DNA of 64,000 bases from a virus, in the IMG/VR virus record IMGVR_UViG_3300050166_000025, positions 1 through 64,000 of that record; one strand, 5' to 3'. The notes beneath the pieces are model-generated. The model made no database searches, had not been told where the DNA came from, and saw nothing but the letters and a program-made list of their open reading frames with translations. Both the position numbers and the translations under genes were made by a program. This document shows positions 8,788-18,884 of the stretch, in pieces (the first letter of the stretch is position 1; each line of letters opens with the position of its first letter).

Positions 8788-11586
8788 TTATCTAAGAACT
8801 CTAACGATAGGGGCTGTCGCTCCACTCGCATCATTGAATTTAGCGATTAATTCTTCTAAGGCTGTAACTAATGCAGTAATCTCTGTGCTATTTTTAACAG
8901 ATGCGGCGGCTGCAGCGGCTGGAGTTCCCGGTTTAGGTGCAGCTGTTGGAACAGGGGCTGGTTTATCATCACTGAAAGGATTTAATGAGCTAAGAAGATC
9001 TCCTACCTTACTAACTCCTTGACCAACTGCTTCCATTGCACCCGTAGAAGATTCTCCTGAGCTCTGAATAGTGGTCTTGGCCTCCTGAATCATGTCCGCT
9101 AATTTCTTGATAGCTCCAGTTAGTTGCTCTCCCATTTCCTCAATTGCGTTATCCGTCTTAGCAAGGTATGTTAAACCATTGAATATATCATTAGTTAACT
9201 TTAAGTTCTCTCTATCAAACTGATTTACCGCATCTTTGAATTTAACGAAGTGATTTACGTATCTTCCGTAACTGTCAACAAATTTGCTGAATCCGTTAGC
9301 GTTTTGTACTATATTCTTAATGTTGCTGGCTAAATTACCGGTCATTGTGACCATTTCCATGTCAATCGTCTTATTCTTTCCAGCTGCAGCGTATGCAGAG
9401 GTGAATGCATCTATAATTCCGGTGATTTTAGATTTTAAAGCAACAGGATCAATTGCGTTAGAAGATATGATTTTAGCGGTATTAACTAATCTATTTAAAG
9501 GATCTGCAAAATCTTCAACCAATGAAATACCCCTTTCAATATTTGATTTACCAAACCAGCCCCATGCGTCTTCTGCGTCCGGGCTTTTTCCTATATTGCC
9601 AAACACACCGCTGATTCCAGAAACTAAATTTTGTATGTTTCCTCTAACTCTATTAAATACTTCATTTGTTAGTGTTGTGTAACCTACGATTTTAGTGCCT
9701 TGATAAATTGGGAATTTAAGATCAGCCATTGACTGTACACCTTTAGCTATCTCAGCCACAGCATTACCCATCCCAGTGACCACGTTTATTCCATCAACTA
9801 CAGGAGACTGTCCATCTCCAAGTCCTAAGAAGTTTCTACCTCCAGGATATTTAAGACCTATCTCACCGAAAACATCAGCCAATCCATTGGTTAGCATACC
9901 GGCATTGACTTTAACCTTTTCAAATACATTAGAGTCTATCGTGTTATAGCCTACAATCTTAGTACCTTGATAAATTGGGAATCTTAAATTAGCCATCGAT
10001 TGAACTCCTTGTGCAATCGAAGATAAGGCGTTACCCATACCTAAAACTGCATCAATTCCATCGGCTACGGCCGATTGAGAACCTAATCCAACCATCGATA
10101 AGAAGTTTCTACCTCCTGGGAATTTAGAACCGATAGCTCCAAAAGAAGATGCTAGAACAGTAGTTACCTTTGAAATTTGATCTGGTAGAACATCATAATT
10201 GATTTTTAACTTTTGGAAAGCCTCTATTCCTTTTGCAATTGACATTAGGGCAACACCAGATAATAACATTACTGGTACAGTTGCGTACATTGATGCTATT
10301 GCAGCCGGATTTATTAAGAATGAATTGGCTAAAGAGTACATAAAATATTCCATCTTTGACATCATTCTACCACCACCGAATCCCAAGAAAGAATCTGTCA
10401 CGTGACCAGAATCATCCAACAATTGATTTAGTTTTCCACCATTAAATACATTTGCAAGAAGCATTGCTCCACCTGCGATTGCAGCAATTGCAACACCAGC
10501 AAGAATCATAGCTACTGCGCCAGGAATAATAAAGGCGGCAGCTGCGCCAGCAACTGCCATCACAGCTCCTACACCCGTTGTTAATGCCAGTATTTGACCA
10601 ATAGTTATCCAGCCGTTTGCGTCAGGTGAAATAGAAGAGGCAAATATGACAGCGGCTAAACTCAATAGAATTATAGGTATAGCTGTAAAAATCATGGCTG
10701 CTGCTCCATAGGCAATTTGATTCTTGACTAGTCCGGCTAATGCAAATATTATTCCAACTCCAGCGATAAGACCCATGATTTGCATCAATGTAGTCCATTT
10801 ATCTGGAATTGCGTCTAATATAATAGAAGCCAGTAATAAAGATAGACCGACCGTAACTATTGCGGCCGATGCCAGCATCAGCGCAATTGAAGTTTGTTTC
10901 ATTGATTTGGCAACACCCATTTTATCAAGAAGCATAAAGGTGCCTCCTAGGATTAGAAGAGTAACGGCAATCATCGGTATAGATTGAATACCATACGTAT
11001 ATAATGGAACTGCTAATACCATTGCAGCTCCTAATAATAAGATGGCGACGGCTGCCTTTTGCATGCCTTCCATTGCCATCTTAACTGATTCGCTAGCTAA
11101 TGGCTTTGTGACCATCTCTAATGTTTTGGCTATAATCCAAACTGAAATACCCCATAACGGAGCGGTAATAGAACCTATCAGCATTAGAGGTGCTGCAAGG
11201 GCCAAGTAGCCCGCAAACTTGAGAATAGCGGGGCCCATTTGAGATAGGGATTCAATTCCAAGGGCTATAGCTTGAAATTTCTCACTGTTGCTTTTTCCAT
11301 CACCTTGTAAATTATTCAGGGCCTTAACAATCTCTTGTAGACCCTTACCAATATTTGTTAGACCTTTTCCTCCGAAAAGTTTCATTGCCATTGAAGAGCC
11401 TAGACCAGGTGAAGAGGTCTTCTCTGCGTTTTTACCCTGAGCAGCAATAACCCTAATCAGTTCTTCAACCTTACCAAACAGAGCACCACCAGGACTAACT
11501 GCTTGCGCTGTTATTCTGGTGGCATCTGCGATTGCAATTTGGTTTTCGACTGAAAGTTTCTCGAAAGCGCTTCTAAAAATACTCAA
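8788..11586 (-). CDS. Tail tape measure-like protein
   Basis: 932 aa, Ala/Gly-rich and helical with multiple hydrophobic segments and internal repeats; lies downstream of tube and chaperone genes, under a late promoter. Confidence 0.65.
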   Translation of the reverse strand: MSIFRSAFEKLSVENQIAIADATRITAQAVSPGGALFGKVEELIRVIAAQGKNAEKTSSPGLGSSMAMKLFGGKGLTNIGKGLQEIVKALNNLQGDGKSNSEKFQAIALGIESLSQMGPAILKFAGYLALAAPLMLIGSITAPLWGISVWIIAKTLEMVTKPLASESVKMAMEGMQKAAVAILLLGAAMVLAVPLYTYGIQSIPMIAVTLLILGGTFMLLDKMGVAKSMKQTSIALMLASAAIVTVGLSLLLASIILDAIPDKWTTLMQIMGLIAGVGIIFALAGLVKNQIAYGAAAMIFTAIPIILLSLAAVIFASSISPDANGWITIGQILALTTGVGAVMAVAGAAAAFIIPGAVAMILAGVAIAAIAGGAMLLANVFNGGKLNQLLDDSGHVTDSFLGFGGGRMMSKMEYFMYSLANSFLINPAAIASMYATVPVMLLSGVALMSIAKGIEAFQKLKINYDVLPDQISKVTTVLASSFGAIGSKFPGGRNFLSMVGLGSQSAVADGIDAVLGMGNALSSIAQGVQSMANLRFPIYQGTKIVGYNTIDSNVFEKVKVNAGMLTNGLADVFGEIGLKYPGGRNFLGLGDGQSPVVDGINVVTGMGNAVAEIAKGVQSMADLKFPIYQGTKIVGYTTLTNEVFNRVRGNIQNLVSGISGVFGNIGKSPDAEDAWGWFGKSNIERGISLVEDFADPLNRLVNTAKIISSNAIDPVALKSKITGIIDAFTSAYAAAGKNKTIDMEMVTMTGNLASNIKNIVQNANGFSKFVDSYGRYVNHFVKFKDAVNQFDRENLKLTNDIFNGLTYLAKTDNAIEEMGEQLTGAIKKLADMIQEAKTTIQSSGESSTGAMEAVGQGVSKVGDLLSSLNPFSDDKPAPVPTAAPKPGTPAAAAAASVKNSTEITALVTALEELIAKFNDASGATAPIVRVLR

Positions 11587-11606
11587 GGTTTTCTAATTCT
11601 TTTTTG

Positions 11607-11614
11607 TATATATC
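11607..11614 (-). promoter_or_regulatory. Late promoter GATATATA
   Basis: Recurrent motif before structural genes. Confidence 0.65.
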
Positions 11615-11618
11615 ACTC

Positions 11619-11891
11619 TTAGAACTTTGGCATTGCAGGCATGCTAACTTTTGGCATATTTACTTTAGGAGTTTTTATACTGCTATGTGAATTTTTACCG
11701 TATTGTTCGTTTGCTTGCTGCTGCTCATTGTCTTGACCCTCTTTCTGTTTCTTCAGAACGTCTGACATGTCCTTTATAAAGTAATGATATTCATAATATT
11801 CAAGTGCATCAATCTCTGAAGGCTGTAACTTCAGATGATACATCATCCAAAACTTTGTTTTAAAGAAGTTCTGAAGAGAAATCTTGAACAA
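11619..11891 (-). CDS. gp51-like baseplate hub/tail assembly chaperone; start uncertain (TTG 11891, ATG 11846, or frameshift from the upstream gene)
   Basis: ISLQNFFKTKFWMMYHLKLQPSEIDALEYYEY resembles gp51-like proteins; overlaps the 3' end of the gp26-like gene. Confidence 0.55.
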   Translation of the reverse strand: MFKISLQNFFKTKFWMMYHLKLQPSEIDALEYYEYHYFIKDMSDVLKKQKEGQDNEQQQANEQYGKNSHSSIKTPKVNMPKVSMPAMPKF

Positions 11892-12804
11892 TGAAAAGAG
11901 ATTTGATTCCGTCACGAAAGCTGATAGGAACGAGTACCTCCTCATCCTCGTATGGAACCAACATTTCTGGTTGAACTCCAATTTTCATTTGTTCAGCTAA
12001 CTTATAAACTAGCATGTATTTCTTTGAGTCCCAGCTTTGAAAGTCAATTTCTCCTTTAAAGATAGAAGCCTCGTTGAAACCTCTCCAATCTTGTTGAATG
12101 TACGGTAAAATCTGTAAATAAGATTGATCCCATGGTTTCTTCTCAATCTGCTTAACTCTAATGTAATCCGTAATCACTTCCATGATTCCGATCGTCGGCG
12201 GTCTCATTGTGATTGTACCTAGTGTACGAGTTTGAATCTCATAGCTTCTAGTAGTTTCATCGTAGTACTTCTCGATCTCAGCCGGAACTTTAGATAATTG
12301 GAAAAATTTAGATGCAATTTCAGCGTCAAATTCCTCACCATCTTTAGTGGTAGCCTTAACTGTTAATTTGCTCTCTGGTTCAGGAAATGTTAAGTCTCTG
12401 ATTGAAAGTAAAATGAAGACTCTATCTTCTTCTACAATATCCTTATAGGATAAAACTTTAGCCTTAGATGTAAATCTAACGCAGCTCTTAATGATGTAAT
12501 TTAACTTTTCTTCAATATCTAATAGGTTTCCATCATCAACTGTTGAGAAATGTCTAATTTCCGCAACCTTTGCAGAACGAATAGAAATAGATGCTCCGGC
12601 TGGGTAGAATTTACCTGAAGATGGAAGATTTTCCATTTCAATGTTGTAATATCCTAAAATAGTATCAGCGTCTCCAGCCGTTTGTGTAGCGTATCTGTTC
12701 ATGTCTACCTTTCCAAGATTTGCTTCTTGACCCGGTGCTTTTTCAGCTGCCTCTACCATCTTTTTGTAATCTTCACTTAGATTTGGATTTTCTTGTTGAC
12801 TCAT
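11860..12804 (-). CDS. gp26-like baseplate hub/tail assembly chaperone
   Basis: LPSSGKFY, DRVFILLSIR, ITMRPPTI and C-terminal GIKSLF; located between tube and tape measure. Confidence 0.6.
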   Translation of the reverse strand: MSQQENPNLSEDYKKMVEAAEKAPGQEANLGKVDMNRYATQTAGDADTILGYYNIEMENLPSSGKFYPAGASISIRSAKVAEIRHFSTVDDGNLLDIEEKLNYIIKSCVRFTSKAKVLSYKDIVEEDRVFILLSIRDLTFPEPESKLTVKATTKDGEEFDAEIASKFFQLSKVPAEIEKYYDETTRSYEIQTRTLGTITMRPPTIGIMEVITDYIRVKQIEKKPWDQSYLQILPYIQQDWRGFNEASIFKGEIDFQSWDSKKYMLVYKLAEQMKIGVQPEMLVPYEDEEVLVPISFRDGIKSLFIVQDFSSELL

Positions 12805-13031
12805 TATTTCTTTGCTTTAAGTTGATTAATTCTGTCTGAGCTCCATGTTTTGTCTCCGTCTGGTCTCTTTTCAATTTCTTTACGTATTAATTCTCTAATA
12901 AAGGCCGAGATTGAGATCGGTCTTTCTTGATTCTCTAGAGCGTCATTTAGAATGATTCTATTTAAAATAAAAACTTCATCTTCGCTCAACAATACCTGTA
13001 ACTTCTTTGTTAATTTATCTGTGTTTGACAT
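12804..13031 (-). CDS. Small ribbon-helix-helix-like DNA-binding protein
   Basis: KLQVLLSEDE...ISISAFIRELIRKEI pattern. Confidence 0.5.
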   Translation of the reverse strand: MSNTDKLTKKLQVLLSEDEVFILNRIILNDALENQERPISISAFIRELIRKEIEKRPDGDKTWSSDRINQLKAKK

Positions 13032-13054
13032 GTGATATTATCTTGATAATATAT

Positions 13055-13063
13055 TATATATTC
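13055..13063 (-). promoter_or_regulatory. Late promoter variant GAATATATA
   Basis: Recurrent motif. Confidence 0.55.
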
Positions 13064-13067
13064 ATTG

Positions 13068-13095
13068 CAAAAAGAAGGGATGATAAAATCATCCC
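13068..13095 (-). terminator. Intrinsic terminator after the tail tube gene
   Basis: GGGATGAT/ATCATCCC stem plus T-rich tail on the minus strand. Confidence 0.7.
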
Positions 13096-13121
13096 TCCAA
13101 ATCTTATTAATTAAATCTAAT

Positions 13122-13676
13122 TTAAGCCAATACTTCTTTGTAAGTATCTGCTTTCCACTTAACTGCTAATACAGCAGGTTCAGTTGTACCGTAATCTAAA
13201 TCATTAGTGAACGGTAAGCCTGAAGTAATGTAGCAATCTTCTAGCGTAAGAGTTCTGTAAATATCACCGGCTCTGTTGAATTGAACGATCACCATTGTTC
13301 CAACGTAATCTTTCTTTAAACCCATTACACCTGTTAAAGGATCAAACTGCTTGTTGTACCATGCTCTAAGAGTCTTGTATAGGTATGCTTGATTTGAGTC
13401 ATTTAAGTTTAATGAGAATTCAATTTCAACGTCTAAGGTTGTTTCATCTGGCATGCCAGCGAAAGTTCTTTTAGAAAACTTATATTTTTGTTCTACTGGC
13501 GCTATTTCTTTGTATACATCTAAACCGCTAATTTTGTTAACGTGTTGAAGTAATAAAGATGAACCGGCTACTCCAGCTGGAGGTAATACAGTCACTTCAA
13601 AAAGGTTTGACTGTACTGGTTCGTACTGCATTCCTTTCTTAGCGGTCTGGTCTTGTGAATAATGTGGTAAAGCCAT
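13122..13676 (-). CDS. gp19: Tail tube protein (gp19-like)
   Basis: 184 aa immediately after the sheath; NLFEV, LRAWYNKQFDPLTG and LDY motifs typical of tube proteins. Confidence 0.8.
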   Translation of the reverse strand: MALPHYSQDQTAKKGMQYEPVQSNLFEVTVLPPAGVAGSSLLLQHVNKISGLDVYKEIAPVEQKYKFSKRTFAGMPDETTLDVEIEFSLNLNDSNQAYLYKTLRAWYNKQFDPLTGVMGLKKDYVGTMVIVQFNRAGDIYRTLTLEDCYITSGLPFTNDLDYGTTEPAVLAVKWKADTYKEVLA

Positions 13677-13707
13677 TTTATCTAATATTGTATTTTTTAT
13701 CTATTTA

Positions 13708-16299
13708 TTAAGAAAAGTTTCCAGTTTTGATTTCTCCAGTGTTTAATACTGTAGTTCTCTGTACAACAATCTCTAAACCTTTAACCGGCTCAACAAATGT
13801 ATCTAGGATACCGATATTGTTATCGATCACGTCGGTTGTATTATTAGTTTGATCCATTACGTTTTTGTAATCATAAACTCCACCGTCAGCCTTTAATGAA
13901 TTCATAAATGAATCGGCTAATGTTTTAATCTCTAATCTAGTCTGTGCAGTATTGAATTCATACACATAGTTCTTTAAGATTTTAGCTAAACCTTCTTCGA
14001 TGTAAATTAATACTTCTCTTACGTGAGCAGAAGAAAGTGCAGACTTAATAGATTGTTGAGCTGTTACATTACCAGTAATAACTAAACCAGCTCCTCTTTG
14101 GAAAACAATTGGGTTGATTCCGAATGGCTCTAAAACGTCTCTATCGTTTTTAGAGAAAGGATATTCTACTCCTACCACGTTTGTACCAGACACGACACCT
14201 CTTCTTGGACCCGCAACAATTGACCATGGTAAAGCATTAAATTGCTTATCGATATAGTTGTTGGATACGTAAGCTGCCGGCGGAACAATAATGTCCTTAC
14301 CATTTTCTCTTACAATAATACCCGGTCCATAATAGAAGGCGAAATTAGCTCCTTCGTTAATAGAAGGTAAAGAATATAATGCAGTTGGATTCAGGTCTAA
14401 ATTACCGCCTGTCGCGATGTATTGCGTGCTAAATGCACCGTTAGAATCTTTAAATGAAGGGTTAGTTGAAGATTTAAAATCTTGAACAGTCGGTGCATTT
14501 AAGATAGCTGATGCGTTTTGTCTTTCGTGAGCTAAGAAAGATAATTCTTTCTTGTTTAAGATCGAACCATTTTCGTAAGATGCAAAAGTATCTACTACAT
14601 ATCTGAAATCGATTAAGTCTTTATCTATTAAAGCTTGGAATAAATTGGTTCCTGTTAATTCTGATAAAGAACCTGCGATAGTTTTTTCAGCAACATTCGC
14701 TTTTCCTAACACAAAGGTTTTGTATACTGATGAAGCGTCTTCGAATGAAAGAATTACATAGCCATCGAATGTATCTGATACTTCAGCTGAACAAGTTACC
14801 GTATAAGTATGGACGTTTCCAATTACTGAAGCTTGAACTCTAGTTACTTTAGAAAGTCTACCAGCTGTTGCAGAATCTACGTAATTTCCTTTCTTAATAG
14901 GGAATACGATAGGTGATACTGGGCTAGTATAAGTTACAGTGAATGAACCTCCACCGATGTTAGCATAAACACCTTGAACACCACCGTTAAATAATGAAGT
15001 AGGAACAAATTTGCTAACTGAAATACCGTAAGTATTGATAGTTGCTGGTGCTGAAGTTGTATCGATTCCAGCGTATATTGAACTAATAGCTCCATCGGCT
15101 ACAACAATAGTAACGCCTGCAGTATATTCAACGTGAGTAACTTGAACATATTCGGTTGCAGCAGATGCTTTAACGAACATGTGACCTGTGTTGATTGAGC
15201 CAGTAGCATCAAAACCAACAATGTGTAATGTATCGTTTGCAACGTTAGTTGTATCTAAGTGGGTAGTTACTTCAACTCCACCGTTATTAGCCTTTGTGGG
15301 TAAAGTAACTGGTGTTGTTGTGATAGCTTGATCTACTATGTAAGATAGTAACTCGTAATTTTGATCTTCGTTATATGAATGACCTACAAAATCAACTTTA
15401 GTTCCTGCTGGATTTGTTACCGCATCTTCGTTAACCGCACAGAATAAACCTGTTCTTCTTGCTTCTTGATTAATAGATGTTTCAATGTAAACATTTTTAC
15501 CTTCTAAATCTTTAAAGCCTGGAATAACCGAGCCTGTGTACTTTGCAATTAAAGAAACTTGTCTTAAGTTAGAGAACTCATTGATTTTGTCTTTTAATAA
15601 ACCTTCTGCTGTAAAGTAAGCTCCATAAACTGGATCAGAAACTAAAGAAGCTGCATTAAATTCGCCTTTAAAAACAAACACATCAACCATAAAATCTGAT
15701 ACGTAATCAAATTCATTCATGAATGAAGGAACATTTCCATGACCGTACCATTCTCTTGCAGTGATCTCGAATTGAGGAACATCTTGTGCTTTTCTTAAGA
15801 TCACTGTGATAGGTTCTTGCTTAATGTTGATTAAGTTTAAAACTCTATCGTTATCTAAACCGATTGTGTTTAGGACTGCTTTATCTTCAGGGAACCAGAA
15901 CTTGTCTGTGTTGAAGAAAGAAGCAAATGCATTTTGATCTGAAAGAGATGAAATTGAATCAACTGAACCAGCTGTAACTGGTGATTGTGAGTTAATTGTA
16001 TCAGAACCAGAAATATCTGCAATGTTAAGAGCTAAGATCGCTCCTCTTCCTAATGCGTTTTGCGCAGAACGGTGAAAGAACATACCTTTCTTCTCTAGGT
16101 TTAAATCAATACCACCAAATAAAGAAGTGAATTCTTCAGCGGTTTGAACTAAAACTGGAGTGTTGTAAGGACCTTTTTTAGAGTGTCCAACTACCAATCT
16201 GATTGTTTGAGCATTAAAACTCGTAGTGATAGACTTATCAAATTCTAGTCTATAAACACCAGAGCTTTTAAAATTAGCTAATTGAGGACTAAGTGCCAT
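13708..16299 (-). CDS. gp18: Contractile tail sheath protein
   Basis: SSGVYRLEFD N-terminus, KGPYNTP, VPPAAYV, PWSIVAGPRRG, INPI and VYEFN sheath motifs. Confidence 0.92.
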   Translation of the reverse strand: MALSPQLANFKSSGVYRLEFDKSITTSFNAQTIRLVVGHSKKGPYNTPVLVQTAEEFTSLFGGIDLNLEKKGMFFHRSAQNALGRGAILALNIADISGSDTINSQSPVTAGSVDSISSLSDQNAFASFFNTDKFWFPEDKAVLNTIGLDNDRVLNLINIKQEPITVILRKAQDVPQFEITAREWYGHGNVPSFMNEFDYVSDFMVDVFVFKGEFNAASLVSDPVYGAYFTAEGLLKDKINEFSNLRQVSLIAKYTGSVIPGFKDLEGKNVYIETSINQEARRTGLFCAVNEDAVTNPAGTKVDFVGHSYNEDQNYELLSYIVDQAITTTPVTLPTKANNGGVEVTTHLDTTNVANDTLHIVGFDATGSINTGHMFVKASAATEYVQVTHVEYTAGVTIVVADGAISSIYAGIDTTSAPATINTYGISVSKFVPTSLFNGGVQGVYANIGGGSFTVTYTSPVSPIVFPIKKGNYVDSATAGRLSKVTRVQASVIGNVHTYTVTCSAEVSDTFDGYVILSFEDASSVYKTFVLGKANVAEKTIAGSLSELTGTNLFQALIDKDLIDFRYVVDTFASYENGSILNKKELSFLAHERQNASAILNAPTVQDFKSSTNPSFKDSNGAFSTQYIATGGNLDLNPTALYSLPSINEGANFAFYYGPGIIVRENGKDIIVPPAAYVSNNYIDKQFNALPWSIVAGPRRGVVSGTNVVGVEYPFSKNDRDVLEPFGINPIVFQRGAGLVITGNVTAQQSIKSALSSAHVREVLIYIEEGLAKILKNYVYEFNTAQTRLEIKTLADSFMNSLKADGGVYDYKNVMDQTNNTTDVIDNNIGILDTFVEPVKGLEIVVQRTTVLNTGEIKTGNFS

Positions 16300-16326
16300 A
16301 ATTTTAATTATTATTTTTTTATATTC

Positions 16327-16334
16327 TATATATC
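16327..16334 (-). promoter_or_regulatory. Late promoter GATATATA
   Basis: Recurrent motif before the sheath gene. Confidence 0.65.
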
Positions 16335-16355
16335 GATGTAAGTAGTGTAATTATA

Positions 16356-18182
16356 TTATACGAGATCATAAATGTCGTATTGTAGATCTCCCTGTGAATC
16401 ATTGTCCTTATAAAGAACCTCTTCCATATATTCATGTAGATCTTCATCTATGATGTCTAGTAATTCTTCAACATAATCAGCGTAATCTGTTGTGCCGAAA
16501 AACTCAGTGGAGTTAACTCCCGTCATCACTACGTCATCATGACCCATCTGGGCTCCATAACTTCCGTTCTTTAAAGTACCAAATAGAGATGCCTCGTTAA
16601 CCGTCTCAACCTCATTAATAAATAGTCTATTTGCCTCTATCAATTTCTTAAAGTTTTGGCAGAACACTGATTTATTATCTGACTTTAATTTTAGGCCCGG
16701 CTTCAGGGTCTTTGAATCATGTCTGTGCTTGAATCTTAGTACCATCTCATCTTCAAACTCATTTCTCTGAGGAAAGACGGTCTGCAAGTATTTTAATAGG
16801 ATCGTACCGTATGTGTTAAACTCAATCACCATCTTTACGCACTCTGGATTGAATACATCACATGATAAGGTATACAGTATCTTTGCAAAGTCTTCAATTA
16901 CGTGCTCATTTGATCTAAAGACGGCTATCTGATTCATTCTAAAGAAATCATATAGAGCGCCTGGATTTAATAGATTATCGATGTGTTTCTTGTCCATCGG
17001 CTCAACTTCAAATACGTTGATGACAGAGTAATCTCCGCCGTTACCCTCTGCAATGTCTACAGAAAATAGAAATCTTCTATCCTCACTCTTTGCGTCTTCT
17101 ACGTCAAACGTAGGATGAAAGCCTAAGAATCCTTTTACATCTATATGAATGTTCTCAAACTCTTCTAAATCGTGATGAATAAATTTCTTTGCTTTCTTTC
17201 TCATTTGTGCCATTGAGCCCGGTGAGAGTAATAGAGAGCTTGAACTTACGAATTCATTACCATATTGTCTATTAAATGCCTCTTCGGAGCCAAGATTTCT
17301 AAGTTCTCTCTGATACCATGCATCATCCCTATCAGGGTGTTGCCACCAGTCAATTCGCATTGGCGTATATGCATTGTCTCCTTTCTCAGCGGAAGACCAA
17401 ATCTCATAGAACTTATTGAATCCATTTGGAGTTGACGTAATATTAATACGAGAAATCTTTGACGAAGATAATGTAGGATAAACGTTTTCATAGAACACGT
17501 CTACGATATTTGGCGGAATGTGGGCAAATTCATCAAGGTAAAGATTGTGAATAGTAAAACCAATACCGGCTTTTGCTGTCGTTGATTGTCCTACAAGTCT
17601 ACATCCATTATCTGCCCTAACGTTCATTACGTCATACTTGATAATTCCTGGTTTCATGTAGAAAGGTAGGTGCTCAATTACAACTTTTGCCTTGTCAATA
17701 ATCTCCTTTGTGGTCTCAGCTTTATTGGCTAATAAGAGTGTGTTCTTATCGTAGTTAAAAACAATGAACCATGCATTAAAGATGGATGCAGTTACAGTCT
17801 TTCCCATTTGACGAGAAGCAAGAACAATATTGAATCTATTGTTCTGTAAATTACGCAACATATCTTTCTGATAGTCTCTTAGCACTACTTGTTGTATACC
17901 ATCATCGGTCATTACTACAGCGTACTTAGAAGCAAAGTAGATGATATCGTTTGCACATCTCGCAATCTCCTGAATCTCTTCGTCAGTGTATTCAAAAACA
18001 AGGTTACCCTTGCGCAAATGTTGTTTACCTTCATAGAAAGGTGAACTGACGTTTGGTTTGTAACCCTTATCAACTGCGATCATATAGTCCTTTACGTTCT
18101 TAGTAGACCATACGAGTTTAGCTGACTGCATTTCATTGGATTCCTTAGGAATCCAAACATTATCACTAGCGTTATCTGCCAT
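16356..18182 (-). CDS. gp17: Terminase large subunit
   Basis: LRDYQ, ASRQMGKT (Walker A), LYLDEFA (Walker B), STPNG, SVDIAEG and HDDVVM nuclease motifs. Confidence 0.95.
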   Translation of the reverse strand: MADNASDNVWIPKESNEMQSAKLVWSTKNVKDYMIAVDKGYKPNVSSPFYEGKQHLRKGNLVFEYTDEEIQEIARCANDIIYFASKYAVVMTDDGIQQVVLRDYQKDMLRNLQNNRFNIVLASRQMGKTVTASIFNAWFIVFNYDKNTLLLANKAETTKEIIDKAKVVIEHLPFYMKPGIIKYDVMNVRADNGCRLVGQSTTAKAGIGFTIHNLYLDEFAHIPPNIVDVFYENVYPTLSSSKISRINITSTPNGFNKFYEIWSSAEKGDNAYTPMRIDWWQHPDRDDAWYQRELRNLGSEEAFNRQYGNEFVSSSSLLLSPGSMAQMRKKAKKFIHHDLEEFENIHIDVKGFLGFHPTFDVEDAKSEDRRFLFSVDIAEGNGGDYSVINVFEVEPMDKKHIDNLLNPGALYDFFRMNQIAVFRSNEHVIEDFAKILYTLSCDVFNPECVKMVIEFNTYGTILLKYLQTVFPQRNEFEDEMVLRFKHRHDSKTLKPGLKLKSDNKSVFCQNFKKLIEANRLFINEVETVNEASLFGTLKNGSYGAQMGHDDVVMTGVNSTEFFGTTDYADYVEELLDIIDEDLHEYMEEVLYKDNDSQGDLQYDIYDLV

Positions 18183-18183
18183 A

Positions 18184-18849
18184 TTAATCCTCGTTTAATT
18201 CAAGATCTTCAGATTCAGTGTCCTCTATCTCTTCCTCTTCTTGTGAAGCCTTTCTGATTAGACGCATCAGGTCTTTAGTGCCTCTTTGTATATTACCGTT
18301 ATCGGTAGAACCACCTGAAGAGATGATCTCTTGCTTATCTACGTTCTTACGATACATTTCAATGTCTCTTGCAATACGTTTGGCACTCTCTTCGGTTGCC
18401 ATTAAATACATTGTTTGGGACTTGATTATATCGAGCATTGATTTCTGTAAGGTAGCAAGCACCTCGAACATTCGTGGCGCTAGTTCACCATCGTCGATAG
18501 TTTCCAATAGTCTCGTTAGCGCAGCCTCTCCAGCTTGTAACTGATACACTAGAGAAGACATTGTCATCTCATCTATTTCTCTCTTGGCTACAATATACTC
18601 GTCCTTCTCGATAATATCTGCATCGAGATAAAATTTCATTAGTGCATTGATTGTTTTCTTGGCTTTAGCGCTAGCACCTACTTTCATCTCATTGAATGAA
18701 ATAGGGGCTCTGTTTCTAGCCGGAGGTAAGACAGGATCTTTGGTTACTATATCTGTGATTGGCGTTTCGTCAGCGCCTATTAATTCATCTAACTCTCGAC
18801 GTATATCATCAGCTTGTTCTGATATACTTCTCTTCTTTTCTTCTGACAT
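18184..18849 (-). CDS. gp16: Terminase small subunit (gp16-like)
   Basis: PRMFEVLATL resembles T4 gp16 PRHMEVFATL; directly upstream of TerL. Confidence 0.65.
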   Translation of the reverse strand: MSEEKKRSISEQADDIRRELDELIGADETPITDIVTKDPVLPPARNRAPISFNEMKVGASAKAKKTINALMKFYLDADIIEKDEYIVAKREIDEMTMSSLVYQLQAGEAALTRLLETIDDGELAPRMFEVLATLQKSMLDIIKSQTMYLMATEESAKRIARDIEMYRKNVDKQEIISSGGSTDNGNIQRGTKDLMRLIRKASQEEEEIEDTESEDLELNED

Positions 18850-18871
18850 ATAATATGATATTATTTCAGAT

Positions 18872-18879
18872 TATATATC
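18872..18879 (-). promoter_or_regulatory. Late promoter GATATATA
   Basis: Recurrent motif. Confidence 0.65.
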
Positions 18880-18884
18880 GGGTT

